Shown one piece after another: positions 34,707-43,647 of a DNA stretch of 64,000 nt. How positions within the stretch are numbered: the first letter of the stretch is position 1; each line of letters opens with the position of its first letter. The DNA comes from PVC group bacterium (GTDB lineage Bacteria > Auribacterota > Erginobacteria > Erginobacterales > Erginobacteraceae). The notes under the pieces are model-generated. The model was given only the letters and a program-made list of their open reading frames with translations, was not told where the DNA came from and ran no database searches. The translations under genes were made by a program, and so were the position numbers. The stretch lies in the NCBI GenBank assembly GCA_043804695.1, contig JAZDIV010000033.1, forward strand, positions 1,907-65,906, read 5' to 3'.

Positions 34707-36635
34707 CTATCTCGTCACCGGCAGGTCACCGGCCGTTCCGTAATAGACCCGGGAGCCGTCCCGGACGGCCCAGAGTCCGAAGTCCTGCCGGAAAACGCCG
34801 GGGTCATCGGCCCCGTCGCCGTTGAAATCGGCCCGGAGTGGGTAGTCGGTGCACCGGCCGAAGTAGAAGCGGGTGACGCCGCGGACCGCCCAAAGGCCGG
34901 TCGACCAGGGGCGGAAGACGGCCGCCTCCCAGGTTCCGTCGGCGTCGTAGTCCCCGGGGAGCGGCCAATCGTCGGCCCCGCCGAAGTATATCCGGGTGAC
35001 CCCCCGAATCGCCCAGAGGCCGGAGGATGGACGGAAGATGCCGAAGGCCGCCCTTCCGGCACCCTCATAGTCGCCGGGGACGGCCGAATCCCCGGAGGCG
35101 CCGAAGTAGGCGCGGGTGACCCCGCGGGCGGACCAGAGGCCGGCGGGCGGACGGAAGATGGTGACGTCGGCGGTGCCGTCACCGTCATAGTCGGCCGGGG
35201 CCGGCGTGTCGCCGGCCACGCCGTAGTAGCTGCGGGTGACCCCGCGGACCGCCCAGAGGCCGGAAGCGGAGCGGAAGATGCCGATGTCGGCGGTGCCGTC
35301 ACCGTCATAGTCCCCGGAGACGGGCGCGTCCCCTGACCCTCCGAAGTAAGATCGGGTGATATCTCTCACCGCCCAGAGACCGGTGTTCCCCCGGAAGACG
35401 GCGATGTCGGCGGTGCCGTCGCCGTCGTAGTCACCCGCCTCCAGGATGAAGCCGGGGCGGGGCACGGTCGGTCCGCAGGTCGGGGTGGGGCCGGGGGTCC
35501 GGGGTGTTGCCGTCGGTGAAGATATCGGAGCAGGCGTCCGGGACGGCGGGGGGCTCGCGGTCGGGAACGGGGCAGCCGTTGCCGAGGGGGAGGGGGATGG
35601 AGTGCCGGTGACCATCGGCGTAGGCGACGGCAAAGGAAGCATATACGTGTCGACGATGCCCCCCCCGCGGGAGACAAACGTGAAAGTGATGTACCCTCCA
35701 TCGGCTTCGATCAACATGGCCCCGTAATCCCCGTTGTAACGGACCCTGCTCTCAGGCAGCGGGGTGTCGAAGCTGTAAATGCTCCGCCCCCCCAGCCCAT
35801 TGACGAAATAGGGAAGATCGCCTACCAGGAGGCGCTCATACGTATGCGCGTGCCCGCTGATGACCGCCGACGCCCCCCAGGGACCGAAGGGCCACTGCAT
35901 TCGGACGGTTGATCCATGAACCTCGTCTGACGAGTAGGGCGGCTCGTGAAAGCTCACAATCTTCCAGGGAGCGGCGGAAGCAGCCAGGCCGGACTGGAGC
36001 CACGCGGCCTGAACCGAGGTATCGTCGGTGCCGTCGGGCTCGCGGATGTCGCTGTCGAGAAAAAAAAGATGAACCGGCCCGTACTCGAAGTCATAATAGC
36101 GCTCGTTGCCGGGCAGGGTGAAATAGTTGAAGTACGGGCCGCTGCAACCGCCGGCGCAGGTTAGGGAATCCCAGTCGTGGTTCCCGAGCGAGGGAAAGAA
36201 GCGGTTCGACTCCGCCCCGGGCCCGTACGCGCCGGTATAAGGATACATAAATTCGTGGTAATACTGCCCGATGTTGTCGTCGATAGTGGAGGCGGCTCCG
36301 GACGGGTAGTTATTGTCGCCGGCGGTGATAATCAGGTCCGGCCCCCAGCCCTGCACCAGGACAGCGACGTCTTCCTCCGGGGCGCCCGCCCACCCGAAAT
36401 CGCCGATGACCGCAATCCGGACGGAGAGGGGCGGTGAAGGTGAGGGCAACGGGGCGCTGCCCCCGTAAACGGCATCAACGTAATAACGATTAAACGTGAA
36501 CCCGGTCGACGGGAAAAGGGCGGAGGGATAGCCCAGAAGACCGATAAGAAAGAGCATCGCCAGAGACAGGCCGAAGAAAAGACGGGAGAACCTCAGGGAG
36601 CGGCCGTAAAATTCTGTCGAGGAGATTGCCATCAT
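34707..36635 (-). CDS. secreted calcineurin-like metallophosphoesterase fused via a Pro/Thr/Ser linker to six GDYDGDG/GLWAVRG repeat units
   Basis: IAVIGDFG...AGDNNY...GNHDW...HEPPYSS...SGHAHTYER motifs. Linker PSPTPMVTGTPSPSPSATAAP... Six repeats end in GDLPVTR-stop. Confidence 0.85.
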   Translation of the reverse strand: MMAISSTEFYGRSLRFSRLFFGLSLAMLFLIGLLGYPSALFPSTGFTFNRYYVDAVYGGSAPLPSPSPPLSVRIAVIGDFGWAGAPEEDVAVLVQGWGPDLIITAGDNNYPSGAASTIDDNIGQYYHEFMYPYTGAYGPGAESNRFFPSLGNHDWDSLTCAGGCSGPYFNYFTLPGNERYYDFEYGPVHLFFLDSDIREPDGTDDTSVQAAWLQSGLAASAAPWKIVSFHEPPYSSDEVHGSTVRMQWPFGPWGASAVISGHAHTYERLLVGDLPYFVNGLGGRSIYSFDTPLPESRVRYNGDYGAMLIEADGGYITFTFVSRGGGIVDTYMLPLPSPTPMVTGTPSPSPSATAAPFPTASPPPSRTPAPISSPTATPRTPGPTPTCGPTVPRPGFILEAGDYDGDGTADIAVFRGNTGLWAVRDITRSYFGGSGDAPVSGDYDGDGTADIGIFRSASGLWAVRGVTRSYYGVAGDTPAPADYDGDGTADVTIFRPPAGLWSARGVTRAYFGASGDSAVPGDYEGAGRAAFGIFRPSSGLWAIRGVTRIYFGGADDWPLPGDYDADGTWEAAVFRPWSTGLWAVRGVTRFYFGRCTDYPLRADFNGDGADDPGVFRQDFGLWAVRDGSRVYYGTAGDLPVTR

Positions 36636-36805
36636 GGTTCATTCTTGAGTTATTATACCATGACGGGCAAGGTGGAGCAATGTGGAATAGGGAACAGGGA
36701 ATAAAGGACGGAGCAAATATTTCAATTTACTCATCCGGCTGTCTGCTTCCGGTTTTCGGCGAGAGGACGTAAAGAAGTAAAGACCGTCCCTTTTTCTCCC
36801 AACAT

Positions 36806-39800
36806 TCAGGTCCGGTTCAAGCGGATCAGACGCCGCTCCTCCCGCCAGGAGTAGAGACAGGGGATGATGAACCAGGTGACCATTTCGATCACCATCCCTC
36901 CCAGGGAAGGGATCGCCATCGGCCGCATCACTTCGCTCCCCGTGCCCCGGATGAACATGATCGGCAGCAGCGCGACGATGGTGGTGATGGTGGTGAGGAA
37001 GGCCGGGCGGATCCGGCCGAGGCCCGCGAAGACCGTTGCTTCGACCACGTCCCGGCGGGTCTTGATCTCGGCGGCCCGCTCCTTAAAGACGTTGTCCAGA
37101 TAAGTGGTCATCAGCACCCCGTCATCCACCGCTATCCCGAACAGGGCGATGAAGCCCACCCAGACGGCCACCGAAAAATTATACCCGGAGAGGGCGAGGA
37201 GCCAGAGCCCCCCGGAGAGCGTCACGGGGATGGCGATGAATATGAACGCGCTCTTGGTCAGGCTGCGGAAGTTCATATAGATCAGGAGGAAATTGAGGAG
37301 GAGGCTCACCGGCACGAGCACCTCGAGTTTCTTCCGGGCGCGGACCTGGTTCTCAAACTGCCCCGACCATTCCAGAAAATAGCCGGCCGGAAGCTTGACC
37401 TTCTCCCTCACCCGGGCCGCGGCCTCCTCGACGAAACCCACCATGTCCCGTCCCCGGACGTTCATCAGGACATAAGCCCTCAGTTGCCCGTTCTCGGAGT
37501 TGATCATCGCCGGCCCGGTGACGAAGTAGATGTCGGCCAGCTGCGTGATGGGGATCTGCTGGCCGCCGGGGGTCGGGACCAGCACGCGCTTGAGGTCTTC
37601 GATCGTCTCCCGGGACTCCCGCGGATAGCGGACCCGGACCGGGTAGCGCTCCCTTCCCTCGACGGTGAAGGTGATGTTCTGCCCCCCGATCCCCGTCTCG
37701 ATCACCTCCTGGACGTCCTTCACCGTCAGACCGTAGCGCGCGATCTGGTCGCGCTTGATGCCGAACTCGAGGTAGGGTTTCCCCACGATCTTCTCCGCGT
37801 AAAGATCGGCGGCCCCCGGCACGTCCTGGACCACCGCCGCCACCTCCTCCGCGATCTGCTGGATCATCTTTAAGTCGGGGCCGAAGACCTTCACCCCGAC
37901 CGACGTCCGGATCCCGGTGGAGAGCATGTCGATCCGGTTGACGATCGGCTGGGTCCAGATGTTGGTCACCCCGGGGATCTGGAGCGCCGCGTTCAGATCC
38001 CGGACGAGCTTTTCCTTGGTCATCCCCTTCCGCCAGAGCTTCTTCGGCTTGAGCGTGATGATCGTCTCGAACATCTCCACCGGCGCGGGGTCGGTGGGCG
38101 TCTCCGCCCGGCCGAGTTTTCCCACCACCATCTCGACCTCGGGGAACTCCCGGATGATACTGTCCTGGAGCCGGAGCACGCGGTGGGCCTCGGTCAGGGA
38201 AACCGCCGGTTGCATCACCGGCATGAACAGGATGCTCCCCTCGTCGAACGGAGGCATGAACTCCTTTCCCACCTTAAGCGATACGATCAGCGAGCCGATG
38301 AGCACCGCCGCCGGAAGGGCGAGGAATATCCGGCGGTGACCCAGCACCCAGCGGAGAATCCGCTCGTAGGTCCGGTGCAGCCGCCGGACCAGGGGGTTTT
38401 CCTCCGGGTCGCGGAGCTTCCCCCGCAGCCCGTAGAGGCAGAGGACGGGGGTGAAGGTCAGGGCGACGGTGAGGGAAGAGAGGAGGACGAGGGTCTTGGT
38501 CCAGGCGAGGGGGTGAAAGAGCTTCCCCTCCTGGGCCTGGAGGGCGAAGACGGGGATAAAGGAGACGACCGTGGTCAGAACCGCGGTCAGCAGCGCGCTT
38601 CCCACCTCCGAGGCCGCCTCGAAGACTACCTCCCGGCGGGTCACCGCTTTAATCCTGATCTCCTCCGCCCGCAGGCGGAGGCGGCGGTAGGCGTTCTCGG
38701 TCATGACGATCCCCATGTCCACCAGGGTGCCGATGGCGATGGCGATCCCGCTTAAGGACATGATGTTGGAGTCGATTCCGAGATAGTACATGGCGATGAA
38801 GGCCATCAGGACGGAGAAGGGAAGGGTGAGGCAGATGGCCGCTCCCGCGAAGAGATGGGCCATGAAGGGAATAACCACCGCGAGAGTGACGAGCACCTCC
38901 AGAATGAGGGCTTCCCGCAGTGTCCCGACGGTACGCCCGATCAGCTCGGTCCGGTCGTAGAAGGCGACGATCTTCACCCCGGGAGGCAATCCGGCCTCGA
39001 TCTCCGGGATCTTCGCCTTGACCCGATCGATGACTTTCCGGGCGTTCTCCCCGAAGCGCATCACCACCACCCCGCCCACCGCCTCCCGGCCGTCCTTGTC
39101 GAGCAGGCCCCGGCGGAACTCCGGGCCGAGACGGACCGTGGCGATGTTCTTGAGATAGATGGGGGTGCCGTCCTGATCGCCCACGGCGATGCTTTCGATG
39201 TCCTCAATCGAGGTGATGAACCCCCGGCCGCGGACGATGTATTCCACCGGCCCGGCCTCCACCACCTTGGCGCCGATGTCGATGTTCGACTTCCGCACCG
39301 CCTCGATGATGGCGCCGAGGGAGACCTTTTGGGCGAACATTTTCCCGGGATCGACGTCGATCTGGTACTGGCGGAGGAACCCCCCCACCGTGGCCACTTC
39401 CGAGACCCCTTCCACCGAGTTGAGCTGGAAGCGGATGAACCAGTCCTGGAGGCGGCGAAGCTCGTCCAGGCTCCGCCCCTCCCCTTCGACCGTGTACCAG
39501 AAGACCTGGCCGAGGCCCGTGGCGTCCGGGCCCAGGATCGGCGTCACTCCCTCCGGGAGCTGGGTGGAGGCGCCGTTGAGCCTCTCCAGCGCTCGCGACC
39601 GCGCCCAGTAGTAGTCAATCCGGTCGTCGAAGATGAGGTACACCTCGGAGAAACCGAAGGCTGAGCTGGCGCGGACGGTCTTGACCCCGGGGATGCCGCG
39701 CAGGGCGACGGAGAGCGGATAGGTGACCTGGTCCTCGACGTCCTGGGCGGAGCGCCCCGGCCAGTCGGTGTAGACCAGGACCTGCTTCTCCCCGATATCG

Positions 39801-39919
39801 GGGATGGCGTCCACGGGGACGCGGGAGATAGCCCACAAGCCCCAGAAGAAGATCGCCGCGTACGCCACCGCGACGACGAAAGGCGTTTTCAGGCAATAGG
39901 ATATGAGGCGATTGATCAT
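36806..39919 (-). CDS. cusA: CusA/CzcA-family heavy-metal efflux RND pump
   Basis: 1037 aa, 12-TM RND layout. N-terminus MINRLISYCLKTPFVV...VDAIPDIGEKQV is typical of the HME-RND family. Confidence 0.95.
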   Translation of the reverse strand: MINRLISYCLKTPFVVAVAYAAIFFWGLWAISRVPVDAIPDIGEKQVLVYTDWPGRSAQDVEDQVTYPLSVALRGIPGVKTVRASSAFGFSEVYLIFDDRIDYYWARSRALERLNGASTQLPEGVTPILGPDATGLGQVFWYTVEGEGRSLDELRRLQDWFIRFQLNSVEGVSEVATVGGFLRQYQIDVDPGKMFAQKVSLGAIIEAVRKSNIDIGAKVVEAGPVEYIVRGRGFITSIEDIESIAVGDQDGTPIYLKNIATVRLGPEFRRGLLDKDGREAVGGVVVMRFGENARKVIDRVKAKIPEIEAGLPPGVKIVAFYDRTELIGRTVGTLREALILEVLVTLAVVIPFMAHLFAGAAICLTLPFSVLMAFIAMYYLGIDSNIMSLSGIAIAIGTLVDMGIVMTENAYRRLRLRAEEIRIKAVTRREVVFEAASEVGSALLTAVLTTVVSFIPVFALQAQEGKLFHPLAWTKTLVLLSSLTVALTFTPVLCLYGLRGKLRDPEENPLVRRLHRTYERILRWVLGHRRIFLALPAAVLIGSLIVSLKVGKEFMPPFDEGSILFMPVMQPAVSLTEAHRVLRLQDSIIREFPEVEMVVGKLGRAETPTDPAPVEMFETIITLKPKKLWRKGMTKEKLVRDLNAALQIPGVTNIWTQPIVNRIDMLSTGIRTSVGVKVFGPDLKMIQQIAEEVAAVVQDVPGAADLYAEKIVGKPYLEFGIKRDQIARYGLTVKDVQEVIETGIGGQNITFTVEGRERYPVRVRYPRESRETIEDLKRVLVPTPGGQQIPITQLADIYFVTGPAMINSENGQLRAYVLMNVRGRDMVGFVEEAAARVREKVKLPAGYFLEWSGQFENQVRARKKLEVLVPVSLLLNFLLIYMNFRSLTKSAFIFIAIPVTLSGGLWLLALSGYNFSVAVWVGFIALFGIAVDDGVLMTTYLDNVFKERAAEIKTRRDVVEATVFAGLGRIRPAFLTTITTIVALLPIMFIRGTGSEVMRPMAIPSLGGMVIEMVTWFIIPCLYSWREERRLIRLNRT

Positions 39920-39941
39920 GGCTGATCCCAGGCCGGGCGTC

Positions 39942-40149
39942 TTAACCCGGATTATTCACGAAAACTTCGTTTTCGCTCATAACCGCCTGTGAGAAAGCAG
40001 ATTGCTTTCTCACAGGCTTCGACGCGGTGCTTCGCACCTTGCTCAGGGTTAACCCTGAGCGGAATCCTGAGCCAGTCGAAGGATGGAGTCGAAGCCCGGA
40101 GGGCGACTTGTTCAGGGAACCGTCAGGTTTCATGAATAAGTCGGGTTAA
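39942..40149. mobile_element. ~200-bp MITE-like long form of the ATTCATGAA palindromic element, between cusB and cusA
   Basis: Terminal inverted repeats are ttaacccggattattcacgaaaa (39942-39964) and tttcatgaataagtcgggttaa (40128-40149). The interior is a chain of hairpins (39986-40016 perfect 13-bp stem; 40041-40060). The right end supplies the cusB stop codon. Confidence 0.55.
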
Positions 40150-41498
40150 TGCCGGTGCTGGGTTTGGATTGGCCCGCTCTCCTCCTTCGGTGGCGCGGTT
40201 TCGGCATCGAACTCCACCGCCCCGCCCCAGAGAGCCGACATGCCCCCGGTCAGCTGGCTCTGGGAATCGATCAGGAAATTTCCCCGGGTGACCACCCGCT
40301 CACCTTCGGCAAGCCCGGAGAGCACCGGGAAGAATCTCGTCCGGACGCCCTCCACGTCGGCGTAGGCCAGCGGACCGGCGACGATCTCCCTGCCCAGGTA
40401 CTCGCCCTCCCGGTTACCCTGGATGTAAACGATCTTGCGGCGGCCGGTGTCCAGGACCGCCTCCTCCGGAACGGCCGGGACCATGTGCTCGCCCCGGGGA
40501 GAGAGGTACCTGCTTTCGATTTCGACGTCCACGTACATCTCCGGTTTGAGCTTGAGCCCGGGGTTCTCCACCCGGAGCCGCGCTTTGAAGGAACGGGTCC
40601 CCGGGTCGACCACGGGACTGAGGGAAACGACTTCCCCGGCGAAGCTTTCCCCGGGATAAGCAGGAGCGGTGACGTTCGCGGACTGGCCGGACTTGACCCA
40701 GCCGATCTCGTATTCATAGATGCTGGCGTACACCCACATCTTTTCCCGGGGAAGCAGAAGGCTCTGGTCGGGGGAGCGTTCGTTGACCAGGCGGGCGATT
40801 TCCTCCTCGCTCAGGCCGAAAAGACGGAGCCGGGTCTTTCCCTTTTCCACCAGGTCCTTCGCCCGGGCGCGGACGTCCGGGTCCGTCCCCCCGGCGGCCG
40901 CCCCGTCCAGCGTTTGCAGGGAGGAAATGAACTCCTGCTCGGCCACCGAGAGTTCAGGGTCGTAGGCGACCACACCCGCCGCGCGGACGTTCTGGAAGAG
41001 ATGCTGTTTTCCCACCGGCGCCAGCTCGATGCCCCCCAGTTCAACCTGTTGCGCCGTCAGCTTCACCCAGGAGAGGGCTTCCGGCTGCTTCAGATCCGCG
41101 GGGGCAATAAGCTTCAGCGGCTGGTGGCAGACCGGGCACTGCGAGAGCCCTTTCCCCTGGAAGGAAAAGGAATGGCCCCCGCAGACGCACCGGGCGTCGG
41201 GCTTCCCTTCGTCGCAGTGGGGGCAATGCCCTTCCGTCTTGACGCCGCAGCCGTATACGGCCTGCTCCTCCGCCGCCGGTTCGGCCGACTCCCGGTACAC
41301 GGGAATCAGCTCCATGCCGCAGAGCGGGCACTTCCCGGGCCGATCCTGGCTGACCGAGGGGTGCATGGAACAGGTCCAGTGATCGACTTCCTGGACTGCC
41401 TCCGCCGCGTGCGACTCACTTCCCGTCTCCAGTTCTCCGCTCGCGGGCAGGAGCACCAGCAAAGCGCCCAGACACCCTGCCAATCTCAGTATATTCAT
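40146..41498 (-). CDS. cusB: CusB-like RND periplasmic adaptor with N-terminal heavy-metal-binding motifs
   Basis: HWTCSMHPSV...CPLCGMELIP (YHS-like). An extra Cys/His-rich stretch GHCPHCDEG...CVCGGH...CPVCHQPL. HlyD-like barrel-sandwich C-terminus. Confidence 0.9.
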   Translation of the reverse strand: MNILRLAGCLGALLVLLPASGELETGSESHAAEAVQEVDHWTCSMHPSVSQDRPGKCPLCGMELIPVYRESAEPAAEEQAVYGCGVKTEGHCPHCDEGKPDARCVCGGHSFSFQGKGLSQCPVCHQPLKLIAPADLKQPEALSWVKLTAQQVELGGIELAPVGKQHLFQNVRAAGVVAYDPELSVAEQEFISSLQTLDGAAAGGTDPDVRARAKDLVEKGKTRLRLFGLSEEEIARLVNERSPDQSLLLPREKMWVYASIYEYEIGWVKSGQSANVTAPAYPGESFAGEVVSLSPVVDPGTRSFKARLRVENPGLKLKPEMYVDVEIESRYLSPRGEHMVPAVPEEAVLDTGRRKIVYIQGNREGEYLGREIVAGPLAYADVEGVRTRFFPVLSGLAEGERVVTRGNFLIDSQSQLTGGMSALWGGAVEFDAETAPPKEESGPIQTQHRH

Positions 41499-42805
41499 TC
41501 CTTGTTCCCTCCCTCGACTGATTCCGGCTCTTCCCCGCCTTCCCCCCTCCCCCCGCCCTGGAACCGCCCCACCGCCATTTCCAGGTCGGCCCGGGCCACT
41601 TCCCCTTCCGTCAGGGCCGCGTAATACTCCTGTTTCAAGTCCAGCAATACCCCGATGCCGGTGAGAGGTTCTTCGACGTCTCCCCGGTTGACCTCGTAGG
41701 CGGCCAGCGCCGAGCGATAGCTCGCCTCCGCCTGCGGCAGATAGGCGGTCCGGTACAGAAGGACGAGGCGGTTCAGGGCTTCGACCCGCGAGAAGGCTTC
41801 CCTCACCTCGAGGCTGACCCGGTTTTCACGTTCCTTCAACTCCGCCTCCATCGCCTTCAGCTCCGCGGCCATTTCCCGGACGTTGAAATTCTGCTTCTGC
41901 CAGAACCAGAGCGGCAGGGTGATTCCGATCATGCCCGCCCAGTCGGAAAGGTGTCCGTCCTTTTCCATGGCTTCATACCTGAGCGTGAAATCGGGGAGGT
42001 ACTCCTGCCGCGCCAGTTGATGAAGGCGCTGGGCCCTCTCGACCGCCAGGTGCAGCGCGCGGAGCTCCGGTCGGTTTTGCCGGGCAATGCGGTAGAGTTC
42101 GGGAAGTCTCATCACGGCCGGCGGATTTTCGCGCACCAACGGGCGGGCGAGTTCCGTTTCCGGATCCCGGTTGAGAAGCAGATTTAATTTCGCCCGCTGC
42201 GACTGCCGCTCGCCTTCCATCCGGATCAGCTCACCGTCGATCCGGGAGACCTCCAGCTGGATCCGGAGGACGTCCCGCTGCTTTCCCTTCCCCGCCGCGT
42301 AGCTTTCACTCGCCGACCCGAATATCTGCTCCAGAAGGCTCTTGCTCTCGCGGGCGATCTCGATCTTCTTCTCGATCAGCGCGAGATTGGCATAGGCGGT
42401 CTTCACCCGGGCGATAACCTCGTTTTCCTTTTCCTGTAAGTCTTCATAGGCCATCTGGGCTTCCCGGACGGCGACCTGCCTTCTCATGATGAGCTTCGTG
42501 GGAAAGGGGATTTCCTGCGACACGCCGAAGACCCGCATCGGGCCGAGGTCGCCTTCCATCAGAGCTTCGCGGCTCAAGGTCATCTTGTCGTACGTAAAAT
42601 TAAAGCCCGGGTCGGAAAGGCTCAGGGCGGGCTCGATCCGGGCCCGGGCGGCCTCGTACCTCTGGCGGGCGGCCTCGATCCCGGGGTTGCTCGACCGCGC
42701 CTCCTCGATCAGGGTTTCGAGGTCGAGAACGCCCTCCCCCGGGGCGGCCGGCGGTCCCGGCCAAACCGAGGCGAAGATCAGAAAGATGACGGCGATTGTT
42801 TTCAC
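41495..42805 (-). CDS. cusC: TolC-family outer-membrane efflux protein (CusC/CzcC-like)
   Basis: Signal peptide and two OEP repeats. Start and stop overlap the neighbouring genes. Confidence 0.85.
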   Translation of the reverse strand: MKTIAVIFLIFASVWPGPPAAPGEGVLDLETLIEEARSSNPGIEAARQRYEAARARIEPALSLSDPGFNFTYDKMTLSREALMEGDLGPMRVFGVSQEIPFPTKLIMRRQVAVREAQMAYEDLQEKENEVIARVKTAYANLALIEKKIEIARESKSLLEQIFGSASESYAAGKGKQRDVLRIQLEVSRIDGELIRMEGERQSQRAKLNLLLNRDPETELARPLVRENPPAVMRLPELYRIARQNRPELRALHLAVERAQRLHQLARQEYLPDFTLRYEAMEKDGHLSDWAGMIGITLPLWFWQKQNFNVREMAAELKAMEAELKERENRVSLEVREAFSRVEALNRLVLLYRTAYLPQAEASYRSALAAYEVNRGDVEEPLTGIGVLLDLKQEYYAALTEGEVARADLEMAVGRFQGGGRGEGGEEPESVEGGNKE

Positions 42806-43089
42806 AGCTTATGGAGCCTCCGGATCAAATCCATGATCTCCTCGGCTTTCTCCCGCTTCCCCCGCTCCGAGCGTCCCCGGAATGCGTCGCTGACGCAGTG
42901 CTCGAGATGGCGGGAGAGGATGTTCTCCGCCACCCGGTGGAGGGCGTTGATCACCGCGTGAACCTGAAAGATGATGTCCATGCAATACTTCTTCTCCTCG
43001 ATCATCTTCTGCAAACCCCGGACCTGCCCCTCGATCCTCCTCAGGGAAATCTGCTCCTGCTCATGGGTTGCGGGTGGAAATTTTACCAT
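42802..43089 (-). CDS. csoR: CsoR/RcnR-family metal-sensing repressor (DUF156)
   Basis: LRRIEGQVRGLQKMIEEKKYCMDIIFQVHAVINAL...HLEHC, the C-H-C metal-site pattern. Confidence 0.85.
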   Translation of the reverse strand: MVKFPPATHEQEQISLRRIEGQVRGLQKMIEEKKYCMDIIFQVHAVINALHRVAENILSRHLEHCVSDAFRGRSERGKREKAEEIMDLIRRLHKL

Positions 43090-43227
43090 CTGTCACCCCC
43101 GATGTTTAAAAGGAATTGTTCGTCATTCGACATTCGGCTTTCGATATTTTCTCGTTTTCAGCACTGTCAATTCCTACTCCGCTCGATGGATGAACACGTT
43201 CACGCAGCTTTCTCCGCTTTCCGTTTA

Positions 43228-43250
43228 ATATACCCTACCCCCCCATGGTG
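43228..43250. promoter_or_regulatory. C7 tract flanked by TACCCTA / ATGGTG, candidate CsoR-family operator
   Basis: atataccctacccccccatggtg lies about 140-160 nt upstream of the csoR start. CsoR/RcnR operators are known to be G/C tracts with flanking inverted AT-containing arms. Confidence 0.3.
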
Positions 43251-43263
43251 TCAACTCCGGGGA

Positions 43264-43402
43264 GTGATTTTTTTCGTACCGGGAAGCTCCCTCTGGGCGG
43301 TTCCGGGCGGCAGCCGGGTCTATTTCGGCGCCGCGGGAGACACGCCCGTGCCCGGGGACTACGCCGGGAACATCATCGATGACATCACTCGGTTCGATGG
43401 CG
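43264..43402 (+). pseudogene. orphan fragment (~1.3 units) of the GDYDGDG/GLWAVRG repeat
   Basis: Reads IFFVPGSSLWAVPGGSRVYFGAAGDTPVPGDYAGNIIDDITRFDGG, with no start codon, signal peptide or catalytic head. Confidence 0.45.
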
Positions 43403-43647
43403 GAGCGAACCCTCATTTGGGGCGTGTTTTCGAATCTGACCGCCGGCGGTTGGGGCGCGAATTCCGGGGACAGGACTATTCCGCAATTCCGGCCCGGCGG
43501 CAGCTCAAAGACCGCCCGAAAAGTTTTCTTTTAACTTGTCCGGCGGGCAAGTTTGCATTCTTATAGCCGGCTGAACATTATGCTGGTATAGTTTCTCATG
43601 CAGGGAGTTCTTTAATCATAAATTTCAAAGGAGGTTGAGATATCGGG

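Noticed and set aside
34629-35336. ORFs in alternative frames or strands of the repeat-encoding DNA (also 34715-35308, 13490-14176, 44698-45396, 47835-48686)
   Set aside because: The periodic repeat DNA keeps several frames open. Only the frame giving GDYDGDG...GLWAVRG units is connected to signal peptides and catalytic domains.
42796-43566. 256-aa plus-strand ORF
   Set aside because: It starts antisense to csoR and crosses the csoR promoter region. Only its 43264-43402 portion is meaningful, as a repeat-unit remnant.
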